This document shows, piece after piece, positions 6,506-14,789 of a stretch of 20,514 nt of DNA; position 1 is the first letter of the stretch; each line of letters begins with the position of its first letter. The notes beneath the pieces were generated by a model that worked only from the letters and a program-made list of their open reading frames with translations, did not search any database and was not told where the DNA came from. A program made the position numbers and the translations under genes. The stretch comes from Candidatus Xenobia bacterium (lineage in GTDB: Bacteria; Vulcanimicrobiota; Xenobia; Xenobiales; QWHO01). Location of the stretch: contig BTUM01000118.1 of the NCBI GenBank assembly GCA_045863235.1, forward strand, positions 1 to 20,514, written 5' to 3'.

Positions 6506-9500
6506 ATGTCCACCCCCTCTGGCGTCGCCATGCGCTGCGACGGCTTCTGGATTCTCACACCCATTTCCGGTCCTCCCCGCGATCCTCGCCGGGTGGCGGC
6601 CCTGCTCATGGCTCCCGATCTGCCTCCGCCCCCCGAGCTGGCTCGGCCCCTGGGCGTTCGAGCCCGGCCCTGCCGACCGTTCAAGGAGCCAGAGCTGTTC
6701 GCGGGCCAGGATCCCATTCTCAGAGTGGAGGCTCTCTACGGAGCCCGGGCCGCCGCCCAGGCGCGAGAGTTCCAGGAGCTGAGCTGGTCCCCCACCCGCC
6801 GGGCCGACCGCGACCGGAAGGCCAATCTTGCTTTGATTCGGTCCGCCATGCGGGGCGAGACCGAGCTGCCTGATTTCAACCCCCACTGGCCCAGGAACTA
6901 CCTGGCAGAGGTCCTCCACTTCGTTCCCTCGCGCGAAATGGAGGGTCTGGAAGCGATGCTCTGCGCCTGCGAGCAGGCCGACCCCGACCGGCTGGAGAGC
7001 GATGGCCAACCGAGCCAGGCAGCCCGCAACCTGCGCCTTGCCTGGGCGCTCCTCTCGCCAGGCAAAATGGATCCGCCTGCGGGCCTGACCGCCCGCCAGC
7101 TCGACTGGCTGCTGGCCCTGGGGCAGCCCTGGAAGCGACTCAAGAGCTGCTGGCGGCAGATTCTTGAGCACCCCGTGGGAGAAGAGGCTGTAGTAAGAGA
7201 GCTGCTGCAAAGCAAGCTGGGGCCCGGGCTGATCTGCCAGGCGCTCAGGCAGCCAGAACTGTGGGAGATCCCCTGGCGAGCCCGGCCCCTGAGGCTTTAT
7301 CTGGACCTGCTCCAGCGATTCCAGGAGCCGAGAGGCTGGCTGAATACCATCGCCGAGCGTGGGGGCCCGACCCGGGTGGGCGCGGCCTTGAGGCTGCTGG
7401 CAGGCCCGGTCGGGCCGAGCACGCTGGAGACTCTGGCCCGCCTGGGGTTTCCCGAGCCGCTGCGCCTCTGGCAGGAGCCCCGGCTGCTGGCCGACAACCC
7501 CGACCTCGAGGCACTGGTGGCGCTGGGCCTGGCTCGCAAGCAGCTGGTCGAGCTGGCCCACCACCGCCGTCTGGCCGGCCTGGGCGAGACGCTCTCCCGG
7601 GGAGTGCTCGAGCCGCTGGAGCACTCACGCAAGGAGCTCCGCGAGCAGGCTTATTTGCGCGGTCGACCGGAAGCAGCCGAACGGCAACGTCGGCTGGCCG
7701 ACCCCGAGTTGGCCGCTCGCCGTCACCGGGGCAGCCTCAAGCGGGCCGCCAACCGGCTGCGCCGCTCGCTGGAGCAGGCCCGCCAGGCCTCGCTTCAGGC
7801 CCTGGGCGACCAGGTGGCTCTGCGTCTGTTGAGTCCGTATCTCGGATATCGAACGCGCCACTGGAAGCTCCCCTCGGGCTGGCGGTCGGCGCTGGCCCTG
7901 CTGGGCAACCGCACCCTGGAGGTGTCGACGCTGGCTGTCTTCCTGCACTACCTCACCACCGGGAAGAGGCCTCACCTGTGCGGAGTCAACCGGGCCTGGC
8001 TGGAGCGAGCCCGGCGCGCCGGGCTGAAGGTGGGAGCCTGGTTGCGGGGCTTCTCGGCCACGATCGAGGTGGGAGGGAAGACGTTGATGATCTCCACCGA
8101 GCGCGATCCTCTGGAAGTGCTCAAAATGGGAACTTACTTCCAGACCTGCCTGTCGCTCGAGGACGGCAGCAACAACCAGAGCCTGCTGAGCAACGCGCTG
8201 GACATCAACAAGCAGGTTCTCTATGCCCGGGGTCCGGATGGAACCGTGGTGGCCCGCAAGCTGATCGGCGCCACCGCCCGCGGCGAGCTGGCCGGCTACC
8301 ACACCTACGCCCACGCCAGCCTCCCCGACCTGGAGCGCGAGCTGGGGACGCGTCTCGTCGCGTACGCCCGGGAGTGCAACCTCGAGCCGTCCGACAGCGC
8401 TACCCCCGAGGAGGTGCATTGGGCCGATTGGTGGGACGACGGCAATGTCCCCTGGCCGCGGGACCATCAGGAGGCCGAACGTCGGGAGGAGCTCCTCTTC
8501 GTGCAGGGAGAGCGCAAGCTCTTCCTGCACCGACCCCTTTCCCCCTGGAACGGACCGGCTGCCTTCCGACTGCTCGGGAAACCAAACCTGGGCAGCCAGC
8601 CCTGGAGCCAGGAGCTGACCGAGCAGTTGGAGCGAAGAAGAACGGCCTGGTTCGGCGGCCGCGTGCCGCTGGCCATGCTGGCCGGGCTCCCTCTGGAGCG
8701 GGTGCGAAAGATCCTGGCCCGCCAGCAGAGGGTCGACCCGGACCGGCTGGCCGAGTTGGTGGCCACCATCTACCGACGCGACCGAAACCAGGGTCCGGTC
8801 TTGCGCTTGTTCTGGGACGGGCCCGAGGGCGCCCAGGCGGTGCTACGGGTGGCACGCGAGCTGCCCCTGCCCAACCTGGCCGCCTGCGCCAGCCACCGGC
8901 TGCTGGCCAGCGGCCCCGGCGCTCTGGTGCTGGCGCGCCAGAATCCGCGGGCCTTCGGGCCGCGGATCGCCGAGAAGGCGAGCCGTCACCGCCAGGACCT
9001 GGCTCTGGTTCTGGCCGCCCGGCGCTGCGGTTATCCCGTGAGCTGGGCCAGGGGGCCGGTGGAAAGCCTGGAGCAGCTCTCCTGGGCGCGCGAGCTGGGG
9101 CAAGCCCCTGAGCCGATGTCCGAGGACCAACGGCAGGTCTGGCTGCTGACCGAGAACCTGGAAGAGGTCCTGCAGGCCATCCGGGCGGGCGAGCTGGGCC
9201 CGGCCGCAAGGCTCGTAGAGGAGCTGGAGCGCGACGGTCTGGCGGCAGCCTTCCGCGACGAGCGGCTGGAGAGCGCCCTGCTAAACGGCCCGGCCCCCGA
9301 GGGCCGCGGGCTGTGGGCGCGACTCGGCCCGCCCGGCCTGCGCGCGGGGCTTCTCCTGGCTCTGGACGGCGGGGCCGAGCTCTGCACCACAACCAGGTTC
9401 GAGCTGGCCCGCCAGGCGGCCCGCCAGTGCCAGTTCGGCCAGACCGGCCAGGCGGGGCTCTCCCTCTGTTACCAGTGGGCCCGCACCCTGCCGCCTCAGG

Positions 9501-10450
9501 CCCAGAGAGAGCTGTTCGTGGAAGAGCAGGTCTTCGCAGTCGGTCCGGGTTTCTGGCTGGCCTTCGAGCAACCCGACGAGGTGCCCCGGAGGGTCGCCTG
9601 GAGCCTGCTGAGCTCGATCCGGGTGGATCCTCTCGAGCTGCTGGCCGAGAGCGGGGTCTACTGGCTCCACCCTGACGTCTTCGAGGAAGTGGCCAGGAGG
9701 GCGCTACGGCGAGCCACTCCCAACCAGATCGCCTCCTGCCTCGAGCGCACCTCGAGCCCGCGTCTGGCCGCCCTCTGCCACCAGGCCCAGGGCGAGCCCC
9801 ACCAGACCCATCCAGGCGCCGGCCCAGGCCAGGTAGGCCCAGGGACCGTAGCTCAGGGCCTTCAGCCCGAAGAGCAGGCCGTTCAGGGGGCCCTGCCAGG
9901 GCAGCAGGGCCAGAGCCAGCCCCAGGCCCAGAGCGGCCGCCGGGGCCGAGACACGAGCTCTCCAGAAGGGGCCCCGACCCACGGTCACCGCGGCGAAGCC
10001 CAGCATCCAGCCGGTTCCCAGCTTGAGCAGGATGCTGCGCACATTGGTGAGCACCTCCAGCGAGTCGAACCCCAGCCCGAGATGCTGCACGATGGTGCCG
10101 GTCAGGCTTCCGGCCAGGAAGGCCAGGGCCAGGCAGCGCCAGGGCGAGAGCTCGACGGCTTCCAGCCGTCGGGCGCGCAGAGCCAGGATCCATTCCAGCA
10201 CCCCGGCGCGCTCGAGCAGCCAGAGAAAGAAGGCGACCTGGGCCAGCACGGCCGCCACCGAGGCGACGTGCATCACGGTCAGGCGCCTGGTCCAGAGAGC
10301 CAGCAGGGGATACCAGGTGCGCTCTCCGCCGGGCAGAGCGTCTACCTGGAGCTGCTGGCCGGAGACCAGGTAGTAGAGCATCAACAGGGCCAGCATGACG
10401 CCGGTCAGGAAGTTGGCCAGCAGGGGGGTCAGCATGCGCTTCATCGGTAG
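6506..10450 (+). CDS. Large hypothetical protein; only about 6506-9780 looks like genuine coding sequence
   Basis: 1314-codon ORF with GAAGGGA RBS. Leu/Arg/Ala-rich helical-looking arms flank a globular core (ERDPLEVLKMGTYFQTCLS...NALDINKQVLYARGPDGTVVARKL...WWDDG). The last about 225 codons read like the antisense shadow of the 9704-10444 gene. Confidence 0.75.
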   Translation: MSTPSGVAMRCDGFWILTPISGPPRDPRRVAALLMAPDLPPPPELARPLGVRARPCRPFKEPELFAGQDPILRVEALYGARAAAQAREFQELSWSPTRRADRDRKANLALIRSAMRGETELPDFNPHWPRNYLAEVLHFVPSREMEGLEAMLCACEQADPDRLESDGQPSQAARNLRLAWALLSPGKMDPPAGLTARQLDWLLALGQPWKRLKSCWRQILEHPVGEEAVVRELLQSKLGPGLICQALRQPELWEIPWRARPLRLYLDLLQRFQEPRGWLNTIAERGGPTRVGAALRLLAGPVGPSTLETLARLGFPEPLRLWQEPRLLADNPDLEALVALGLARKQLVELAHHRRLAGLGETLSRGVLEPLEHSRKELREQAYLRGRPEAAERQRRLADPELAARRHRGSLKRAANRLRRSLEQARQASLQALGDQVALRLLSPYLGYRTRHWKLPSGWRSALALLGNRTLEVSTLAVFLHYLTTGKRPHLCGVNRAWLERARRAGLKVGAWLRGFSATIEVGGKTLMISTERDPLEVLKMGTYFQTCLSLEDGSNNQSLLSNALDINKQVLYARGPDGTVVARKLIGATARGELAGYHTYAHASLPDLERELGTRLVAYARECNLEPSDSATPEEVHWADWWDDGNVPWPRDHQEAERREELLFVQGERKLFLHRPLSPWNGPAAFRLLGKPNLGSQPWSQELTEQLERRRTAWFGGRVPLAMLAGLPLERVRKILARQQRVDPDRLAELVATIYRRDRNQGPVLRLFWDGPEGAQAVLRVARELPLPNLAACASHRLLASGPGALVLARQNPRAFGPRIAEKASRHRQDLALVLAARRCGYPVSWARGPVESLEQLSWARELGQAPEPMSEDQRQVWLLTENLEEVLQAIRAGELGPAARLVEELERDGLAAAFRDERLESALLNGPAPEGRGLWARLGPPGLRAGLLLALDGGAELCTTTRFELARQAARQCQFGQTGQAGLSLCYQWARTLPPQAQRELFVEEQVFAVGPGFWLAFEQPDEVPRRVAWSLLSSIRVDPLELLAESGVYWLHPDVFEEVARRALRRATPNQIASCLERTSSPRLAALCHQAQGEPHQTHPGAGPGQVGPGTVAQGLQPEEQAVQGALPGQQGQSQPQAQSGRRGRDTSSPEGAPTHGHRGEAQHPAGSQLEQDAAHIGEHLQRVEPQPEMLHDGAGQASGQEGQGQAAPGRELDGFQPSGAQSQDPFQHPGALEQPEKEGDLGQHGRHRGDVHHGQAPGPESQQGIPGALSAGQSVYLELLAGDQVVEHQQGQHDAGQEVGQQGGQHALHR
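9704..10444 (-). CDS. Multi-pass membrane protein, third gene of the ECF operon
   Basis: ATG 10444 overlaps the anti-sigma stop (ATGA); MKRMLTPLLANFLTGVMLALLMLYYLV... with about six hydrophobic segments. Confidence 0.75.
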   Translation of the reverse strand: MKRMLTPLLANFLTGVMLALLMLYYLVSGQQLQVDALPGGERTWYPLLALWTRRLTVMHVASVAAVLAQVAFFLWLLERAGVLEWILALRARRLEAVELSPWRCLALAFLAGSLTGTIVQHLGLGFDSLEVLTNVRSILLKLGTGWMLGFAAVTVGRGPFWRARVSAPAAALGLGLALALLPWQGPLNGLLFGLKALSYGPWAYLAWAGAWMGLVGLALGLVAEGGQTRARGALEAGGDLVGSGSP

Positions 10451-10821
10451 CGGGCTCGATTCACCGTCTGCTGGATCTGGGAATCGCTGGCGCTGAGGGC
10501 GGTCGGCACCCCCGATCCGATCCATCCGGCCGTCACCAGGGCCGCCACCGCCGCCGCCACGGCGGCCCCGCGGCGGAGTCGGGCAACTGTCCGCAGCCAC
10601 ATCTGCACCGGGTCGGGGCGCTCGCGAGCCAGCTCGAGCCGGGTGAAGAAGTCGCTCGTCAGCGGCGCCGGGGCGGGGCTGGCTCCCACCTGGCGCAGGA
10701 CCTCGTAGCGCTGGTAAAGGGCGGCACAGGCGGCACAGGCCTGGAGGTGACGATCGACCTCCTCGAGGGGGCCCTGCAGCCGGTCGAAGAAGCGGTCCTG
10801 GATGTCGGAGCAGGTACTCAA
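10441..10821 (-). CDS. Zinc-binding (ZAS/zf-HC2-type) membrane anti-sigma factor
   Basis: C...HLQACAAC (HxxxCxxC) motif, one TM helix (AAVAAAVAALVTAGWIG), GGAGG RBS, TTG start overlapping the sigma-factor stop. Confidence 0.88.
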   Translation of the reverse strand: MSTCSDIQDRFFDRLQGPLEEVDRHLQACAACAALYQRYEVLRQVGASPAPAPLTSDFFTRLELARERPDPVQMWLRTVARLRRGAAVAAAVAALVTAGWIGSGVPTALSASDSQIQQTVNRARYR

Positions 10822-11363
10822 TTTAATCCTCCCAGCAGTTGGCGCAGCAAGCGGCGGGCTTCGAACAGGCGAGACTTGACGGTGCCTTCGGGCAGGTCCA
10901 GGGCGTCGGACACTTCCTGGGTGGAGAAGCCCTCCAGGTCGCGCAGCACCACGGTGATGCGAAGCGGGGGGCTGAGCCGCTCCAGGGCCCGGGCCAGCTG
11001 GCGGCGCAGCTCGCCCTGCTGGGCCTCCAGGGCCGGGTCGTCGGGACCGGCCAGGTGCTCGGCCATCTCCAGCGGCAGGGCGTCGAGGCGGCGCTTGCGC
11101 AGCTGGTCACGGTAGAGGTTGCCCGCCACCCGCAGGGCCCAGGCCCAGAAGCGATCCGGGCAACGCAGCTCGCTCAGGCGGGTGGCCAGGCGCAGCAGGG
11201 CCTCCTGGGCGGCGTCGTCTGCCTCCAGAGGCCCCAGCATGTGGAAGGCCAGGGCGTGGATGCGCCGATGGCAACGGCCCATCAGCTCCTCGAGCTCGGC
11301 CCGCTGGCCGCGCCGGGCCCGCTCGACCAGGGTTTCGAAGCTCAGCTCGGGGGTGGCGGTCAT
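10818..11363 (-). CDS. ECF RNA polymerase sigma factor
   Basis: Region 2 ADDAAQEALLRL...FWAWALRVAGN; region 4 LERLSPPLRITVVLRDLEGFSTQEVSDALDLPEGTVKSRLFEARR. Start uncertain (11363, 11375 or further upstream). Confidence 0.93.
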   Translation of the reverse strand: MTATPELSFETLVERARRGQRAELEELMGRCHRRIHALAFHMLGPLEADDAAQEALLRLATRLSELRCPDRFWAWALRVAGNLYRDQLRKRRLDALPLEMAEHLAGPDDPALEAQQGELRRQLARALERLSPPLRITVVLRDLEGFSTQEVSDALDLPEGTVKSRLFEARRLLRQLLGGLN

Positions 11364-11375
11364 CTCGCACGGCAT

Positions 11376-11400
11376 GACGAGAGCCGGGTCGGATCGGTTC
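11376..11400 (-). promoter_or_regulatory. Candidate autoregulatory ECF promoter
   Basis: Minus strand GAAC-N17-CGTC ending 12 nt before ATG 11363; fits the common ECF AAC...CGT consensus. Confidence 0.45.
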
Positions 11401-11436
11401 GGTGGATCCATGCTTTCGACTGTTTCGCCGTCCGGC

Positions 11437-11586
11437 TCACCCGAGGCTCCCCACCAGCCCGGGCGCAAGCCGCTTTCGCGCCAGACCGGCAACAGGCCCG
11501 GCGAGCAGGGCGCGGCCCACAGGGTAGTCGCGCCGGACCGCTCGCCAGCAGGCCAGCAGCGCGGGCAAGGCGAGCCAGAAGCTCAT
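11437..11586 (-). pseudogene. 49-codon ORF, possibly a truncated paralog of the upstream GspF-like gene
   Basis: ATG overlaps the upstream stop (TGATG); LALPALLACWRAVRRDYP resembles ILIPALVSYRRALTRNHP at the start of the upstream gene. Confidence 0.35.
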
Positions 11587-12474
11587 CAGCACAGGCACCC
11601 GACCAGCAGGCTGAAGGGCAGGCAGATGGCCAACAGGGTCCAGCTGAGCAATCCCGTCAGGCAAGCGGTCAGCAGGGCCAGGCTCAGAAAGTGGCGCCGG
11701 GCCGGCAGGCGGCTCTCATGGCGGAGCAGCGTCTCCAGGGCCGCATCCAGCCGTCCCCGGGCGGTGGCCAGGGTGAGCAGCGCGAGCCCGTCTCCCGAGA
11801 TCCCGGCCAGCTCCAGCGGTCGCTCGGGGTCGCTGGCGTGCTGGAGCTTGAGCCGGTGAAGCGTCGGGCTGGCCGGACCGGGGGTCAACCAGGCCAGCGG
11901 CAGACCAAGGACCAGGGCCACCAGTCCGGGCCCGGCCTGCTCGAAGACGGGCGAGGCCGCGAGCATCCATTCGGTGGCCCGGGGAAGCTGCAGGGACATG
12001 CCTTCAAACAGCTGCACAAAGGTAGGCAGGACGCTGACCCAGAGCCAGCCCAGACACAGGGTCGAGAGCCCTACCGCCACCGCCAGCGCGATCAACCAGC
12101 AGTGCTGCCACTCGCGCTGGGTCCTCTGCCAGGTGCGAAAGTCGAGCAGGGCTGAGAGATACTCCCGGTTGCGACCGTTCTCGCGGGCCAGGGCCAGCTC
12201 GGGCATGAGCACGGGGGCCTGAGACTCGAGCCGGCTCAGTTCGTCCTGGTCGAGCTCCAGGGCCACCCCGTAAAGCGTCAGGCGGTCGAGCCAGCCAGCC
12301 GTGCGCTCGTCCTCAAGGGGCTCGCGAGTGAGCCTCCAGGCGATCAGCACTCCACCCCAGCTCAGGCATGCGCCCAGCAGCAGGTAGAGAAAGCGGGGAT
12401 GATTGCGGGTCAGGGCCCCTGCGGTAAGAGACCAGGGCCGGAATCAGGATGAGGAGCAGCGTGCAGAGCAGCAT
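11586..12474 (-). pseudogene. GspF/PilC (T2SSF)-like membrane protein with a +1 frameshift (or sequencing error)
   Basis: AAGGAGG RBS and ATG 12474 give MLLCTLLLILIPALVSYRR. Removing one base from the G4 run at 12416-12419 joins this to the long frame (ALTRNHPRFLYLLLG...), giving 295 aa. SVLPTFVQLFEGMSLQLPRAT and GRLDAALETL resemble GspF/PilC motifs. Confidence 0.65.
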
Positions 12475-12512
12475 CGGGGATCCTCCTTATCTCGTCTGTC
12501 GGGCTTGACGGA

Positions 12513-13292
12513 TCAGGAGGGAAGAAGGTTCGGAGTGCGGGCATAGATGTCTCCGACCCCGAATCCATCGGCCTCGAGACGATGAAGCAGAGCCTCGGGA
12601 GCCATCCATTCGGGATACTGCCAGGCCATGCTCTGGCTGTCGGAGTAGTTGAGCTCCACCGGTCCGAGCTCGGCCAGGCGCAGAGCGCATTGGCGCGCCT
12701 GGGGGATGAACTCGCGATGAAACTCGTAGCTCAGGGCGGGCAGCGGCTGGGACAGGCCGCCCAGGACCTCCAGCTCATAGCCCTCCACGTCGATCTTCAC
12801 GAAGGCCGGGCGGCCGTGGGTCTTGATCAGCTCGTCCAGGGTCACGGTTCGGACCGCCTTGCCAGGCAGCCAGCGAAAGCCGTTCACGGCCCGGTGGGGG
12901 TTCTGGTCTCGAAAAGTGGTCGAGAGAGTGGAGATTCCGGGCGCATCCGGGCAAAGGTAGAAATCCGCGCTGCCGGACTTCTTGCCGGCCGCAGCCGGCA
13001 GAATCTCCACCTCACGTCCGCGAAATCGACGCCGGAGGACCTTCAGGCAGCGTTCCTCGGGCTCCAGCGCCACCACCCGGGCCCCCAGCTCGAGGAACAC
13101 AGCGGTGCGGCTGCCCACGCTGGCACCTACGTCAAAACAGAGATCGCCCGAGCGCACGAACTGCCCGTAGAAGCTGAGCATCGCCGGGCGCATGCGCCGG
13201 TCCTGGCGCCTCAAGTGCCAGGAGATGTCCAGGTAAGTCAGGCCGCTTCGATGGCGCAGAGCGCGCACAAAGCGACGCAAGGAATCGATCAC
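12513..13292 (-). CDS. FkbM-family SAM-dependent methyltransferase
   Basis: CFDVGASVG, VVALEP, VRTVTLD, FVKIDVEGYELEVL, LSYEF. Confidence 0.92.
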   Translation of the reverse strand: MIDSLRRFVRALRHRSGLTYLDISWHLRRQDRRMRPAMLSFYGQFVRSGDLCFDVGASVGSRTAVFLELGARVVALEPEERCLKVLRRRFRGREVEILPAAAGKKSGSADFYLCPDAPGISTLSTTFRDQNPHRAVNGFRWLPGKAVRTVTLDELIKTHGRPAFVKIDVEGYELEVLGGLSQPLPALSYEFHREFIPQARQCALRLAELGPVELNYSDSQSMAWQYPEWMAPEALLHRLEADGFGVGDIYARTPNLLPS

Positions 13293-13334
13293 CAGGGCTG
13301 AGTTCGGTCCAACGACCGGGGGTCCCTGGCCGGA

Positions 13335-14246
13335 TCAGCTGCCCGAGCGGGCCACCATGCGCACGAAGAGCCCGCTCAGCTGCGGGTCGAACTGCTTGCC
13401 CGACTGCAGCACGATCTCGTGCAGCGCCTGGGCCGTGCTGAAGGGCTCGCGATAGGGCCTGCGGCCCGTCATCGCGTCATACGAGTCGGCCAGGCACAAG
13501 AGCCGGGCCGAGAGCGGGATCCCCTCCCCCGCCAGAGCGTCCGGGTAGCCCCCTCCGTCCCAGCGCTCGTGGTGACCCCGAACGGCCGGCAGCAGCGGGT
13601 GCAGCGACTCGAAGCGAGCCAGCATGCACTCGCCGATCTGCGGATGCAGGCGCACCACCGCAAACTCCTCCTCGGTCAGCGGGCCGGTCTTGCTGAGAAT
13701 GCCGGGCGGGATGTGCAGCTTGCCCACGTCGTGGATGCGTCCGGCCAGGATCAGCTCCTCGCGACCGTCCTCACCCAGGGCGGCCAGCTCCACGCCCAAC
13801 AGACCCACCTCGCGGTAGCTCGCGGCCAGCTCCAGCTCCTGGCGCGACAGGCCCAGCTCCTCGGCCAGCCCTCCCGCCAGCCGGGAAACCCGCTGCGAGT
13901 GGGACACGCTGTGGGGGCTGAAGCCGCGCAGCGTGGTCAGGAGAGCCTCCAGCAGCAGATCGTCCGAGTCGGCGCTTTCGGGGAAGGCGCGCTTGAGCCA
14001 GTCCCAGGTCAGGCTCGCCAGGTTGCGGGCCGTCACCGCCAGGGCCGCCTGGTTGAGCAGAGCCAGGTTGGGCAGCCCCTGAGACCAGAACTCGTCGCGC
14101 CCCGAGCCCACCAGTCCACCGGGCGAGCGAGCCAGAATCACGCTGTCGAGGGGAGCGCTGATGGGGTCGCGCAACTTGGGAGCCGGAGGATGGTAGGAGG
14201 TCAGGAATCGTGGACCCTGACCGAGGGCGCGAAAGGCCTGCTCCAC
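13335..14246 (-). CDS. HD-GYP domain phosphodiesterase
   Basis: HSQRV, IHDVGK, HPQIG, HHERWDGGGYP, LADSYDAMTGRRPYR, GKQFDP. Confidence 0.92.
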   Translation of the reverse strand: MEQAFRALGQGPRFLTSYHPPAPKLRDPISAPLDSVILARSPGGLVGSGRDEFWSQGLPNLALLNQAALAVTARNLASLTWDWLKRAFPESADSDDLLLEALLTTLRGFSPHSVSHSQRVSRLAGGLAEELGLSRQELELAASYREVGLLGVELAALGEDGREELILAGRIHDVGKLHIPPGILSKTGPLTEEEFAVVRLHPQIGECMLARFESLHPLLPAVRGHHERWDGGGYPDALAGEGIPLSARLLCLADSYDAMTGRRPYREPFSTAQALHEIVLQSGKQFDPQLSGLFVRMVARSGS

Positions 14247-14372
14247 GTTCTACCGAGCTTTCCGGACGGGAACGTCCTGGTGGTCTTGATTGCCTCTCGT
14301 GACTTTGAAGCGAGCAGTCTAGAGCAACGCGCAATTTTTTTCAGAATGATCAGGCTGCAGAGGTTCCCCAAT

Positions 14373-14789
14373 TCACAAACTGAACTTGCGGCTGGTCCTC
14401 AGGTTGGTGCCCGGCAGCCAGGCCTCCACCTGGTAGGTACCCGTGGGAGCTTTCTTGCCGGTCTGATCGGTTCTTTCCCACTCCCCCTCGAAGGCGGTCG
14501 TCTGGCCGGGCGGGAAGACGCGCTCGGTGACGGTCTGAAGGAAGAACTTGTCGGCCGACCAGCGCCACACCTCGCGACCGTCCTTTGTGACAGCGAAGTC
14601 GTGCGACTGGGAGGTGGGCTGACTGATCGTCTGGGGCACACCCGACAGGTTCTCGACCCGCAGGATGAAACGAACCGGACCGCTGGACGGATTGTAGACC
14701 ACCAGCCGGGCTCCCAGGGCCGGCTCCTCGGCTCGCAGGGAGCCGACCAGGATCAGCACGGCCAGGGTCAGGGAGGTGAGGAGGCGCAT
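14373..14789 (-). CDS. Secreted BsuPI (proteinase inhibitor-like) domain protein
   Basis: Signal peptide MRLLTSLTLAVLILVGSLRA; SQSHDFAVTKDGREVWRWSADKFFLQ...PGQ...W...GTYQVEA matches the BsuPI-family pattern. Confidence 0.8.
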   Translation of the reverse strand: MRLLTSLTLAVLILVGSLRAEEPALGARLVVYNPSSGPVRFILRVENLSGVPQTISQPTSQSHDFAVTKDGREVWRWSADKFFLQTVTERVFPPGQTTAFEGEWERTDQTGKKAPTGTYQVEAWLPGTNLRTSRKFSL

